This document shows positions 1 to 9,704 of a DNA stretch of 64,000 nucleotides, one piece after another. The DNA is taken from IMG/VR virus record IMGVR_UViG_3300042446_001168. One strand, given 5' to 3'. A program made the position numbers and the translations under genes. The number at the start of each line of letters is the position of its first letter. Position 1 is the first letter of the stretch. The notes beneath the pieces are model-generated. The model saw only the letters and a list, made by a program, of their open reading frames with translations, was not told the origin of the DNA and did not search any database. The DNA comes from a virus.

Positions 1-1530
1 GTAATATCTGGTACATACTTTAACCCATCAGCCAATACAGTTCTGCTTGGTAACTCTATATCTCGCTGGGTAGTATCGGCCAACACTGGAGACTTTACAG
101 GTACAGTCACTGGCACAGTAGCAAATATGTCTACCAGTGTCAACTCAGCGCTACTGACAGTTGGGACAGCGTTCGTAGCCAATACTACCGGAGCCTATCA
201 TACGGGTATTGTTAATGCGGCTAGTTATAGAGTTGGATCAAGCTTCATTGCAAATACAACACTGGTGATGACCCCACAGCAGGTAGTTATAACTGGTGGT
301 GCTATCGAAGGCGGCCAAATCGTTATTGGATATGGTAATAACCTTGCAACATCATTGACAGGTCAAGCAAACAACACATTTAACCTTGATATTGTTGGTG
401 GTAATACAGCTTCTACACCGATGTTCCGATCCTTCTTTCAACATAATGACGGAACAACTACAGCAGCCTTTAATGTTGCAAATACCGGTAGAATGCATGT
501 TGGTAGTTTAACAGAACAAACAGATTCTACATTTAAAGTAAATGGAACAGCAAACGTAACAACGTCAGTTAACTCAGCTTTATTGACAGTAGGGACTGCT
601 TTCATAGCTAACACAACAGCTCTTGTAATGACTACTCCAGTCACTGCTAATGGTACCACAGGCACGTCTGGATTTGTCCTCAAGTCAAATGGTTCAGTTG
701 GATCACCATACTGGGCAGCAGCTGCTGGAGGCTCAGTTGGTGGTACTGACACCCAAGTTCAATTTAATGATGGTGGATCCACAACCAATGGTACTGCTGG
801 ATTCACATTCACTAAGACTACAAACAACGTAACAATTGCCAATACATTAACTGTTGGTTCTTCATTTATTGCTAACAGTACTGCAATAGTAGGTACTGGA
901 TATGCTAATGTTACTGGTAGCGTTAATGCGTCTAGCCATACAGTGGGGACTGCATTCATTGCTAATAGTACTGCTATCGTTAGTACCGGTTTTGCTAATA
1001 TAGCAACAAGTGTCAATAGTGCACTGCTGACAGTTGGAACAGCTTTCATTGCAAACACTACTGGTATGTATCACGGTGGAGTAATTAACGCGGCTTCTAT
1101 ATCAGTTGGGTCCGGATCGTTTGTTGCCAACACAACCCACATAGTTATGTCTGATCCACTGACAGCAAATGGTGCTACAGGAACAGCCAGGAACGTCCTT
1201 GCATCCAATGGGTCAGTAGGATCTCCGTACTGGGTAGACTTTAATACTGAGGTAGTATATGCATTATCTGGAACAGCATTGGATCCGTTGAATGGCACCA
1301 TCCAAACCAAAACAATAGCAGCAACAACAACATTTACAGATTCGCTGACAGCTGGACAATCAATGGTTCTGATGTTGAATGGCGGATCTTCCTACTCTGT
1401 TATATTCCCAACCATGACATGGGTCACTACTGCAGGAAATGTTGCTCCTACACTCACAGCTAACGTTGCACTTACATTCTGGAAAATCAGCACTACATTA
1501 TATGGTTCTTATGTTGGGAGTTATACATGA
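1..1530 (+). CDS. Tail fibre-like protein with 30-aa G/T/A/N-rich repeats (5' truncated by window edge)
   Basis: Frame 1 is open from base 1 into ORF 127..1530. Repeats of VNSALLTVGTAFIANxTAIVGTGYAN, plus GTSGxVLKSNGS-YW and GTDTQVQFNDG fibre motifs. Confidence 0.75.
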   Translation, partial: VISGTYFNPSANTVLLGNSISRWVVSANTGDFTGTVTGTVANMSTSVNSALLTVGTAFVANTTGAYHTGIVNAASYRVGSSFIANTTLVMTPQQVVITGGAIEGGQIVIGYGNNLATSLTGQANNTFNLDIVGGNTASTPMFRSFFQHNDGTTTAAFNVANTGRMHVGSLTEQTDSTFKVNGTANVTTSVNSALLTVGTAFIANTTALVMTTPVTANGTTGTSGFVLKSNGSVGSPYWAAAAGGSVGGTDTQVQFNDGGSTTNGTAGFTFTKTTNNVTIANTLTVGSSFIANSTAIVGTGYANVTGSVNASSHTVGTAFIANSTAIVSTGFANIATSVNSALLTVGTAFIANTTGMYHGGVINAASISVGSGSFVANTTHIVMSDPLTANGATGTARNVLASNGSVGSPYWVDFNTEVVYALSGTALDPLNGTIQTKTIAATTTFTDSLTAGQSMVLMLNGGSSYSVIFPTMTWVTTAGNVAPTLTANVALTFWKISTTLYGSYVGSYT

Positions 1531-3134
1531 AATTGGCTAGAAGAATTATTGCAAAGAGTACTCCACTGGTTGGAGCGTGGAATATTGATTATGTTTATTA
1601 CAACCCCCCTTCCAGTCTGTGTTGGGATAGTAGGACAGCGGCGAATACAGGTACTACTGTTCAAAGCTTCACCTCTAGAGATTCATTTCCATCTGGGTTA
1701 TATGTCAAGTCTGACAATACTAAACTGTTTATGGTTGGCTCGACAAACGACAGAGTGTATGAATTTGCTATGTCAAACAACTATACCATTGCTTTCACAA
1801 ATTTTAAAAGTGTGTCCACAGAGGAAACACTTCCCACTGGTTTGACGTTTAGTCCTGATGGAATATTTATGTACGTAATTGGGTCAACAGGGGATGATGT
1901 TAATCAATATACATTATCAACCGCGTGGAGTGTTAGTACAGCTGTATTCACTAGAGTATCAACTGCATCGGTGACGAACCCGGAAGCTACTATGCAGGGG
2001 GTGTTCTTCAAACCAGACGGTACTGCGATGTATACCGTTGGTAGTACACTTAACACAGTGCGACAGTATAGCTTAGCTACTGCTTGGAATGTGAGCACAT
2101 TGGCGTTTGTTCGATCATTTTCTGTGGGAACAGTTGGTCCAGTTGACATATCTTTTGATCCCACCGGTACCAAAATGAGAGTATTCACGGATTTTGGTAC
2201 CGGTGGACAGTTCCTCTCATACACCCTATCAACCGCATGGAATATTAGCACTGCAACACTTGATTTTGCTAGACCATCAACACCGTCATTAGGAGACGCC
2301 TCAGTTCAAGCCGGATTCTTTGAGTCAACTGGTAGACACGTGTTTGTTACGGGTAGCACAGCGCAGGGTTTTTCCCCATATGTGCTGGGTGGTTTTGACA
2401 TATCAGCCAAGGAAACAGCACCAACAAGCATTGCGTTCAGCGACGATGGTACTAAGATGTATGTGTATGGTTCAATTAGTGATGCAGTACATCAATACAC
2501 TCTTAGCACAGCTTGGGATGTAAGTTCTGCTGTGTTTTTGCAATCCTTTGCAATTGCGGATGGTTCACCCAATGGGCTTGCTTTTAGCTCGGATGGTTTA
2601 AAATTATATTCTATTGGTACTAGTTCCGTGAGAGAGCATACTCTTTCTACTGCATGGAATATTAGCACTGCAACGTTTGTGCGAGTTCAGAGTTTTGCGT
2701 TTACTACAGGAGAGGCTCTGTCCACCGGTATATACTTTGACAGCACAGGTACCAGAGTATATACTACTGGATCGGGATCAGACAATGTATATCAATATAG
2801 CTTAGCCACTGCATGGAATATTTCCACTGTTTCTTATGTAAGAGCCAAAAGCGTAAGTGCACAAGATACTTCACCACAGGATGTTTTTTTTAAGCCTGAT
2901 GGTAAAACAATGTATGTTCTTGGACAAGTTGGCGGTGTTGGTGTATCCCCAGGACTACTCCAGTATACTCTTTCTACTGCATGGGATATTAGCACTGCAA
3001 CGTTTACCAGATTCAAGCCCACAGAGACCGAAGAAAATACCGCAACAGGATTTACTTTCAAACCAGATGGTACCAAGATGTATATTGTGGGTACCAAGAA
3101 TAGGGTATTCCAATATTCTTTAGGAGTTGAATGA
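1527..3134 (+). CDS. Beta-propeller repeat protein (putative receptor-binding or fibre-associated)
   Basis: About 10 repeats of FxPDGTKMYV.G...V.QYTLSTAWxISTA; overlaps the fibre stop codon (ATGA). Confidence 0.7.
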   Translation: MKLARRIIAKSTPLVGAWNIDYVYYNPPSSLCWDSRTAANTGTTVQSFTSRDSFPSGLYVKSDNTKLFMVGSTNDRVYEFAMSNNYTIAFTNFKSVSTEETLPTGLTFSPDGIFMYVIGSTGDDVNQYTLSTAWSVSTAVFTRVSTASVTNPEATMQGVFFKPDGTAMYTVGSTLNTVRQYSLATAWNVSTLAFVRSFSVGTVGPVDISFDPTGTKMRVFTDFGTGGQFLSYTLSTAWNISTATLDFARPSTPSLGDASVQAGFFESTGRHVFVTGSTAQGFSPYVLGGFDISAKETAPTSIAFSDDGTKMYVYGSISDAVHQYTLSTAWDVSSAVFLQSFAIADGSPNGLAFSSDGLKLYSIGTSSVREHTLSTAWNISTATFVRVQSFAFTTGEALSTGIYFDSTGTRVYTTGSGSDNVYQYSLATAWNISTVSYVRAKSVSAQDTSPQDVFFKPDGKTMYVLGQVGGVGVSPGLLQYTLSTAWDISTATFTRFKPTETEENTATGFTFKPDGTKMYIVGTKNRVFQYSLGVE

Positions 3135-3604
3135 TGTATGTGAAAATTGCCAATAATACCGTTGTAAAATATCCATACACACTCAGAGAGATGAGTGAGG
3201 ATAACACGAACGTGTGCTTTCCTGAACAGATACCAGATGAGGATCTTGCGTTATTTGGAGTGTATCGAGTGTATATTCCACCTATCCCTGCATACGATCA
3301 CATTACCCAGAGAGTTGAATGGGCAACAGTACCAACTTTAATTGATGGAATCTGGACGCTGGGTGGCACTGTGGTTGATAAGACAGATGTACAGCTGGAT
3401 TCAGATAATCGTAGTCAAGCAAAGCAAATTCGAAACGATCGTAAAGTCATACTGAGAGAATGTGATTGGACACAATCAAACGACACCCCACTTCCCGCAG
3501 CTCAAGTAGCTGCATGGGCAGCATACCGACAAGAGTTGCGAGATATTAGTACTCAGTCCGGATTTCCGTGGATTGTTGTGTGGCCAGTTGCCCCAACGGA
3601 GTAA
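3131..3604 (+). CDS. Phage tail fibre assembly chaperone-like protein
   Basis: C-terminal R..R...L..CDWTQ..D.P....W..YRQ.LRDI..Q.GFP...WP motif. Confidence 0.75.
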   Translation: MMYVKIANNTVVKYPYTLREMSEDNTNVCFPEQIPDEDLALFGVYRVYIPPIPAYDHITQRVEWATVPTLIDGIWTLGGTVVDKTDVQLDSDNRSQAKQIRNDRKVILRECDWTQSNDTPLPAAQVAAWAAYRQELRDISTQSGFPWIVVWPVAPTE

Positions 3605-3645
3605 CTAGTTGATAGTATTAAGTATTTGATACCTGGAGATGTATT

Positions 3646-4041
3646 TTGAGGAATGTTTTTGTTAATGGTACCTTTGACGTAATACATCCTGGGCATATTG
3701 AGCTACTAAACTTTGCTAAGGATCAAGGAGATCATCTCACAGTAGCTATTGATAGTACTGATAGAATAAGAAGATTGAAAGGTCCTTATCGCCCAATAAA
3801 CACAGAATATGAGCGGGTACTCATACTCCAGAATATTAGGGCAGTAGATCATGTGGTAGTATTCCACACAGATGAAGATCTGATCAAGTTAGTATCCAAA
3901 TGTGATGTAATGGTAAAGGGCTCTGACTACAGGGGCAAGCCTATAGTTGGTGAGAGTGAATGTAAGGAAATTCTTTTTTATGAGATATACAATGAATATT
4001 CAACAACAAAAAAAATTCAACATATTATTAGTAGGGGATAG
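3646..4041 (+). CDS. Heptose-1-phosphate adenylyltransferase (HldE domain II / HldC-like)
   Basis: NGTFDVIHPGH (HxGH) motif, RRLKG..RPIN and VKGSDY; TTG start with GGAG upstream. Confidence 0.85.
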   Translation: MRNVFVNGTFDVIHPGHIELLNFAKDQGDHLTVAIDSTDRIRRLKGPYRPINTEYERVLILQNIRAVDHVVVFHTDEDLIKLVSKCDVMVKGSDYRGKPIVGESECKEILFYEIYNEYSTTKKIQHIISRG

Positions 4042-4741
4042 CTGTACTGATGTGTATCAGTACGGTACTGTTGATAGAATCAGTCCAGAGGCACCGGTTC
4101 CCATCTTTAGTTTTTTGTATCAGGATGATAAACCTGGTATGGCATTGAATGTCCAGTCTAATCTAGAGCAACTTGGATGCAATGTCCATATCATGACTCA
4201 AACTCCTTCAAAAAAAACCAGGTTAATAGATAGAAAAACTAGTCAGCAGATGTTGAGGATTGATACTGATAGTATTAGTAAAACTCCGTTTATGTTTGAA
4301 GAACCTATAGTGGGGTATGATGCTGTAGTAGTATCTGACTATAAAAAAGGATGTGTCAGCTATAAAACTATTAACAGTATTCAAAGGTACTTTGATGGTC
4401 CCATATATGTTGATACCAAGAAAACCAACCTTAGTAATATTGATGGGTGTTTTGTTAAGATAAACAGTCAAGAGCGTAATCGAGTGGTGTCGTTGTGTAC
4501 TGAGCTGATTGTTACAATGGGCAAGGACGGAGCTCAGTATAATGGAGATACATATCCAGCAAATCACGTCGAGGTAAATGATGTGTGTGGAGCTGGAGAT
4601 ACTTTCATGGCTGCACTTGTTTACTTTCATTTGCACACAGGAAATATTAAAACAGCAATACATTATGCTAACAAAGCTGGATCTATAACGGTACAGCATC
4701 TAGGAACATATGCTCCTAGTATTGAAGAGATATTATTATGA
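3992..4741 (+). CDS. Heptose-7-phosphate kinase (HldE domain I / HldA-like, PfkB family)
   Basis: RISPEAPVP, VSDYKKG and DVCGAGDTF motifs; ATG at 3992 preferred over 3947. Confidence 0.88.
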   Translation: MNIQQQKKFNILLVGDSCTDVYQYGTVDRISPEAPVPIFSFLYQDDKPGMALNVQSNLEQLGCNVHIMTQTPSKKTRLIDRKTSQQMLRIDTDSISKTPFMFEEPIVGYDAVVVSDYKKGCVSYKTINSIQRYFDGPIYVDTKKTNLSNIDGCFVKINSQERNRVVSLCTELIVTMGKDGAQYNGDTYPANHVEVNDVCGAGDTFMAALVYFHLHTGNIKTAIHYANKAGSITVQHLGTYAPSIEEILL

Positions 4742-5499
4742 AAATATTAGTAACAGGATATAAAGGATTTATTGCTCAGAATCTAATTCCTCAGCTATCT
4801 GACCATGAAGTATCGGTATTTGAGTGGGGAGAGGATGAGCCAGTTATTGAAGGATTAGATTGGGTAATTCATTTGGGAGCCGAGTCTTCTACTACAGAAA
4901 CCAATGTAGAGAAGGTGATGACGAAGAACTATGACTTTAGTATGTGGTTACTGTCAAAATGTATTGATCACGGCGTAAACATGCAATACGCTAGCTCTGC
5001 ATCGGTGTACGGTAAAGGAATTGAATTTAGTGAGGAAAGTCCAAAGGATCCAAGGACACCATATGCTTGGTCAAAGTATCTTTTTGATAGAGAGGCTTTT
5101 CAATTAAATCATGCTGGGGATATTGTTTTACAGGGGATGAGATATTTTAATGTTTATGGTCCGCATGAAGATCGTAAAGGAAGTCAGGCTAGTGTATATC
5201 ATCAATTTCAGCAACAGTTTAGTGAAACTGGTAGGGTGAAGGTATTTGAAGGATCTGAGAATTTCTACAGGGATTTTATTTACGTTAATGATGCTATCTC
5301 TATGCAGATGGCTTTGATGGAGACAGGACAAAGTGGAGTCTGGAATATTGGGTCGGGTAAAATAGCCAGCATAATGGATGTTGCTAAATTGTTCACAAAT
5401 AATATTGATGTGATTCCATTTCCAAAGAATTTAGAGCATTCATATCAAGAGCACACGTGTGCTGATATTACAAAATTAAAACAAACGTTGGGTATATAA
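4738..5499 (+). CDS. hldD: ADP-L-glycero-D-manno-heptose 6-epimerase
   Basis: VTGYKGFI, HLGAESSTTE, YASSASVYG, YAWSK, RYFNVYGPHE..KG and RDFIYV motifs. Confidence 0.85.
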   Translation: MKILVTGYKGFIAQNLIPQLSDHEVSVFEWGEDEPVIEGLDWVIHLGAESSTTETNVEKVMTKNYDFSMWLLSKCIDHGVNMQYASSASVYGKGIEFSEESPKDPRTPYAWSKYLFDREAFQLNHAGDIVLQGMRYFNVYGPHEDRKGSQASVYHQFQQQFSETGRVKVFEGSENFYRDFIYVNDAISMQMALMETGQSGVWNIGSGKIASIMDVAKLFTNNIDVIPFPKNLEHSYQEHTCADITKLKQTLGI

Positions 5500-6422
5500 T
5501 GAACACTACATTTATGATTTCGGGTGGAGCAGGAAAAATTATATGTGCTATTCCTGCGCTCGAGAAGTTTGCAAGACTAAATCCGGAGAATGACTTCAGG
5601 GTTGTTATTCCAGCATGGGATAGTCTTTACTGGGGTAACCCAGTTCTTCAACCAAGAACATTTAACGTGGATCACAAGGGTCTTTTTGACCATGTTGTTA
5701 AAAACAACAAGTTAGTAGTCCCGGAGCCATATCACCTACACTCTTACTATAACCAGAAGAAGACTCTTATAGAGGCTTTTGATGAATTAATTAATACTAC
5801 CCACGATCACTCTGATTTAACTAAACCAAACTTATATGTAAGCACCAAAGAGGATCTTCAAGGGGCCAGTGTTATTAATAAGCTGCATGAGCAGCACGGT
5901 AAGAAGAAGGTAATTGTATTTCAGCCGTATGGTAGAGGAATGTCAGCAATTGATGGTATTCCTTTTGACCAATCTACTAGAAGCATTATACCTTCTATGG
6001 CACTGAATATGTCTACTGAACTTAGCAAGCATGCTATAGTGGTATATTTTGGAGACAAAGAATTCATGCATCCAACTGACAAGTCAATGGTTCATATTGA
6101 GGATGGTGGAACTGGTCTGCGGATGTATCTGAGTTTAATTAAGCACTGCGATTACTTTGTTGGTTGCGATTCAATTGGTCAACACATAGCTAGGTCTTTT
6201 AACAAACCTGGCACCGTTATAATGGGGGCTACCTCAGAGTATCAAGTATCATATCCTGATCATTTTGATATTGTCAGGAACGGAGTATCACCGGTACATA
6301 ATCCATATGGTATTACTGGATGGGAAGGTGGACTAATTGATATACTCAATCAGGATACTATGACATTTACGGACGAGCAGATTCATAATATAGTATGTTC
6401 TATAGTAGCAGAAATGCTGTGA
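5499..6422 (+). CDS. GT-B glycosyltransferase, heptosyltransferase (GT9)-like
   Basis: C-terminal IKHCDYFVGCDSIGQHIA...KPGTVIMG matches the GT9 DSG..H.A motif; follows the hld genes. Confidence 0.7.
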   Translation: MNTTFMISGGAGKIICAIPALEKFARLNPENDFRVVIPAWDSLYWGNPVLQPRTFNVDHKGLFDHVVKNNKLVVPEPYHLHSYYNQKKTLIEAFDELINTTHDHSDLTKPNLYVSTKEDLQGASVINKLHEQHGKKKVIVFQPYGRGMSAIDGIPFDQSTRSIIPSMALNMSTELSKHAIVVYFGDKEFMHPTDKSMVHIEDGGTGLRMYLSLIKHCDYFVGCDSIGQHIARSFNKPGTVIMGATSEYQVSYPDHFDIVRNGVSPVHNPYGITGWEGGLIDILNQDTMTFTDEQIHNIVCSIVAEML

Positions 6423-6450
6423 TATTAAAAGGTTCCCGGATACCTTATCA

Positions 6451-6458
6451 GATAAATA
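6451..6458 (+). promoter_or_regulatory. T4-type late promoter variant GATAAATA
   Basis: Near-consensus TATAAATA about 22 nt before the ATG at 6480; equivalent boxes at 7298 and 8108. Confidence 0.6.
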
Positions 6459-6479
6459 GAAGAAAATAAGGAGCATCTA

Positions 6480-7244
6480 ATGGCAATAACCTGTAGTGTA
6501 GATACAATAACCTTCAACGATGGTACTACACAGACCCAAGCGTTTTGTACGTCTTGTATGATTAGCTTTTGTACTAATCCTGTAAATATTAATTTTGGCA
6601 GTGCATCGGTTCCTGCTTTTACCGCTACCTCAGCCATAGCAGCGGGGGCATCAACAATATGCAGTCATAATCTTACATCTACAACATCCTTCTACAGGCA
6701 AGGTACAGGGGCTTCTGCCTGTATCAATTTTGACGTTTCTAGTAGTACCAAGAGAACTTACTTTGCTTCGTGTGTAGTCCAACGGCAGAATATTACACCG
6801 AGCACTACTAATACACTGAATTTAGGAAGTACAGGCCTTCGTTGGTCTACCTTGTGGATAGCCGGTGGATCAGTGACTAATGTGTCGGATGAAAACCACA
6901 AGACTGATATAATGCCCATATCTGATCAAGAAAGATCAGTTGCTCTGGAACTACAAAAGAATTTAAAGCGGTTCAAATTTAAGGATGCGGTTACTGAAAA
7001 GGGGTTTGAGGAAGCCAGATATCATCTTGGGTGTATTGCTCAAGAGGTTGCACAAATTTTCCGGGATAAGGGATTGGATCCTTTCAAGTACGGTATGATT
7101 GGTTATGATATTTGGTATGAGGGGATCAATCCTGATACTCAAGATTTTGAAAGGGTTGATACTCCTGCTGATGGTTATGTTAAGAAGGATCTGTATTCAA
7201 TTAGGTACAGTGAACTACTTTCCTTTATTGTAGCGGCAATGTGA
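6480..7244 (+). CDS. Small fibre/spike protein with C-terminal peptidase S74 intramolecular chaperone (paralog 1)
   Basis: LGSTGLRW, SDENHK cleavage motif, ARYHLGCIAQEV and YSIRYSEL. Confidence 0.8.
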   Translation: MAITCSVDTITFNDGTTQTQAFCTSCMISFCTNPVNINFGSASVPAFTATSAIAAGASTICSHNLTSTTSFYRQGTGASACINFDVSSSTKRTYFASCVVQRQNITPSTTNTLNLGSTGLRWSTLWIAGGSVTNVSDENHKTDIMPISDQERSVALELQKNLKRFKFKDAVTEKGFEEARYHLGCIAQEVAQIFRDKGLDPFKYGMIGYDIWYEGINPDTQDFERVDTPADGYVKKDLYSIRYSELLSFIVAAM

Positions 7245-7327
7245 TATGATTGTTAGCTATCATCTTAAACTCTATACTGTACGGTATAATTGGATAGCAT
7301 AAATAGAAGAAAGGTAAGGAGTATCTT

Positions 7328-8107
7328 ATGGCAATATCAAGTAACGCTACTGCAATAATTTTTAACAATAGTACGGTTCAAACTACGGCGTTCAGTAAGA
7401 CATCCGGACTCACCTTTACAACTGCTGCTATAACTTCAACAGCTGCTACCCTGGCGTTATGTACTCCGGGAGCAATATGTGCACCATCTATAGTTGCAGC
7501 TACTCAGATCTTTTGTACTGGGGCCACACAGATACAATATCTTGTTACCGATATGATATTGACAGTTAACAATGCGACCAACCACGCACATGGTACAACC
7601 AGTACTGTACAATACAAAGATATAATTCCAATTACCACTAACGTATATCACTTGGGATCTACAGCTGTGCGATGGGGGGCGGCGTGGGTGACAAGTGGAT
7701 CGTTAGTGGCGTCCGACGAGAATCTAAAGACGGATATAACATCAATATCCAATCAAGAGAGAGATGTTGCCTTAGAGGTAAAGAAGAACCTTAAGCGGTT
7801 CAAATTTAAGGAGGCAGTTGCCAAGAAGGGATTTGATACGGCCAGATACCATTTTGGGTGTATAGCTCAAGAAGTTGAACAAATCTTCCGGGATGGTGGA
7901 TTAGATCCTTTTAAATACGGTATAATAGGATTTGATACGTGGTACGAGGGAGTAAAAATTAGTTTGAATGGTCAGAATCAGGAGTTTGAAGATATTGACA
8001 TATCGTACACCCCAAAAGACGGATATGTTAAAAAAGAGCTACACTCAGTTAGATACGATGAGTTAATTACCTTTATTTTATCGGCGTTGGCTGGTACAAG
8101 TAGGTAA
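7328..8107 (+). CDS. Small fibre/spike protein with peptidase S74 chaperone (paralog 2)
   Basis: SDENLK, ARYHFGCIAQEV and SVRYDEL motifs. Confidence 0.8.
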   Translation: MAISSNATAIIFNNSTVQTTAFSKTSGLTFTTAAITSTAATLALCTPGAICAPSIVAATQIFCTGATQIQYLVTDMILTVNNATNHAHGTTSTVQYKDIIPITTNVYHLGSTAVRWGAAWVTSGSLVASDENLKTDITSISNQERDVALEVKKNLKRFKFKEAVAKKGFDTARYHFGCIAQEVEQIFRDGGLDPFKYGIIGFDTWYEGVKISLNGQNQEFEDIDISYTPKDGYVKKELHSVRYDELITFILSALAGTSR

Positions 8108-8137
8108 GATAAATATAAAAAGAGTAAGGAATACCTT

Positions 8138-8950
8138 ATGGCAATAACCAGTAACGCTACTGCAATAGCTTTTAACGATGCATCTGTTCAAACTTCAAAT
8201 TTCAGTTTGACTTGTGGGCATGCGTTCACGTGTCAGCTTTGCTTTGGTTCCGGATTCACTACGTGCATAGGATCACCTACTCCAGCAACCAACCAGTCAA
8301 CTCTATCGTTTTGTACAACTGGTCAACTGTGTGCACCTACTTTCTGCTCAAGATTTCGAAATTTTGAATCTGCAGCTGGGGAAGCGTACGGAAGTACTTC
8401 AATGTATACTGGCTCCGCCATTGGTTGTCTAGTGACGCGTGTTGGGAGTGTTAATACAGCAATATTCACTACCACTGCACATAACGCAGGCAGCAATCTA
8501 TTTCCAACCAGCACAGCAGCTGCGATAAGCTTAGGGACCACTAGTCTTCGATGGGCAACCATTTGGGTAACTGGTGGATCGTTGATAGTGTCTGATCAGA
8601 ACTATAAGACCGATATAACTCCAATAACTGATCAAGAGAAAGCTGTTGCTCTAGAGATAAAAAGAAATATAAAAAGATTTAAATTTAAAGACGCAGTAGC
8701 TAAAAAGGGCTTTGATGCTGCTAGATATCATTTTGGATGCATTGCTCAAGAAGTTGAACAAATCTTCCGAGATAGTGGGTTAGACCCCTTTCAGTATGGT
8801 GTTGTGGGATATGATGTCTGGTATGAGAGGTTCAATCCAACTACTCAGAGGACGGAGGTAGTTCAAGAGCCTACCGATGGGTACGTCGAGACGACGTTGT
8901 ACTCAGTTAGATATGATGAGCTGCTTTCGTTCATTGCTTCAGCCCTATAA
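8138..8950 (+). CDS. Small fibre/spike protein with peptidase S74 chaperone (paralog 3)
   Basis: SDQNYK, ARYHFGCIAQEV and YSVRYDEL motifs. Confidence 0.8.
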   Translation: MAITSNATAIAFNDASVQTSNFSLTCGHAFTCQLCFGSGFTTCIGSPTPATNQSTLSFCTTGQLCAPTFCSRFRNFESAAGEAYGSTSMYTGSAIGCLVTRVGSVNTAIFTTTAHNAGSNLFPTSTAAAISLGTTSLRWATIWVTGGSLIVSDQNYKTDITPITDQEKAVALEIKRNIKRFKFKDAVAKKGFDAARYHFGCIAQEVEQIFRDSGLDPFQYGVVGYDVWYERFNPTTQRTEVVQEPTDGYVETTLYSVRYDELLSFIASAL

Positions 8951-8959
8951 GGAAATTAG

Positions 8960-9700
8960 ATGGCAGTCCCTACAAGTAGAAGTGCATTTAAAGAATACTG
9001 TTTAAGAAGTCTTGGCAAACCTGTGATTGAGATCAACGTTGACGATGATCAGGTTGAAGATCGTATTGACGAGGCTTTAAAATATTTCTGGGATTATCAT
9101 TTTGATGGTTCTGAGCGTGTGTATTATAAGCATCAGATTACTAATGATAATGTAACTGACAAATATGTCACTCTGCCAGAAAATATTATTGGAGCCGTAA
9201 GGATTTTTAATATTGGCGATCCAATGGTATCAAACAATCTATTTGATATTAGATATCAAATTGCGCTCAATGATCTATACACTCTGACGTCTGTGTCAAT
9301 GATACCATACTATATGGCATTCCAGCATATTCAGCTGATGGAACAGCTGTTAGTTGGGATGCAGCCAATTCGTTACAACAGACACATGAACCGCCTCCAT
9401 GTTGACATGGACTGGGGTAAAGTTACTGTTGGTAACTTCTTAATTGTAGACGCGTATCAAATTGTGGATCCTGATACGTATACTGATGCATGGGGGGACA
9501 GATGGTTAGCCCAATATGCCACAGCAAAGATTAAACGTCAGTGGGGATCCAACTTGACTAAATTCAGTGGTATGCAGCTACCTGGTGGAGTTCAATTCAA
9601 TGGCGATAAGATATATGAAGATGCAGTCAAGGAGATTGAAAATCTTGAGAATGAGATGATTATTAGCTACTCGCTTCCTGTAACCGATATGATTGGGTAG
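8960..9700 (+). CDS. gp13: Neck protein gp13
   Basis: YCLRSLGKPVIEINVDDDQVEDRIDEAL and KRQWGSNLTKFSGMQLPGGV; synteny. Confidence 0.92.
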   Translation: MAVPTSRSAFKEYCLRSLGKPVIEINVDDDQVEDRIDEALKYFWDYHFDGSERVYYKHQITNDNVTDKYVTLPENIIGAVRIFNIGDPMVSNNLFDIRYQIALNDLYTLTSVSMIPYYMAFQHIQLMEQLLVGMQPIRYNRHMNRLHVDMDWGKVTVGNFLIVDAYQIVDPDTYTDAWGDRWLAQYATAKIKRQWGSNLTKFSGMQLPGGVQFNGDKIYEDAVKEIENLENEMIISYSLPVTDMIG

Positions 9701-9704
9701 TTGA

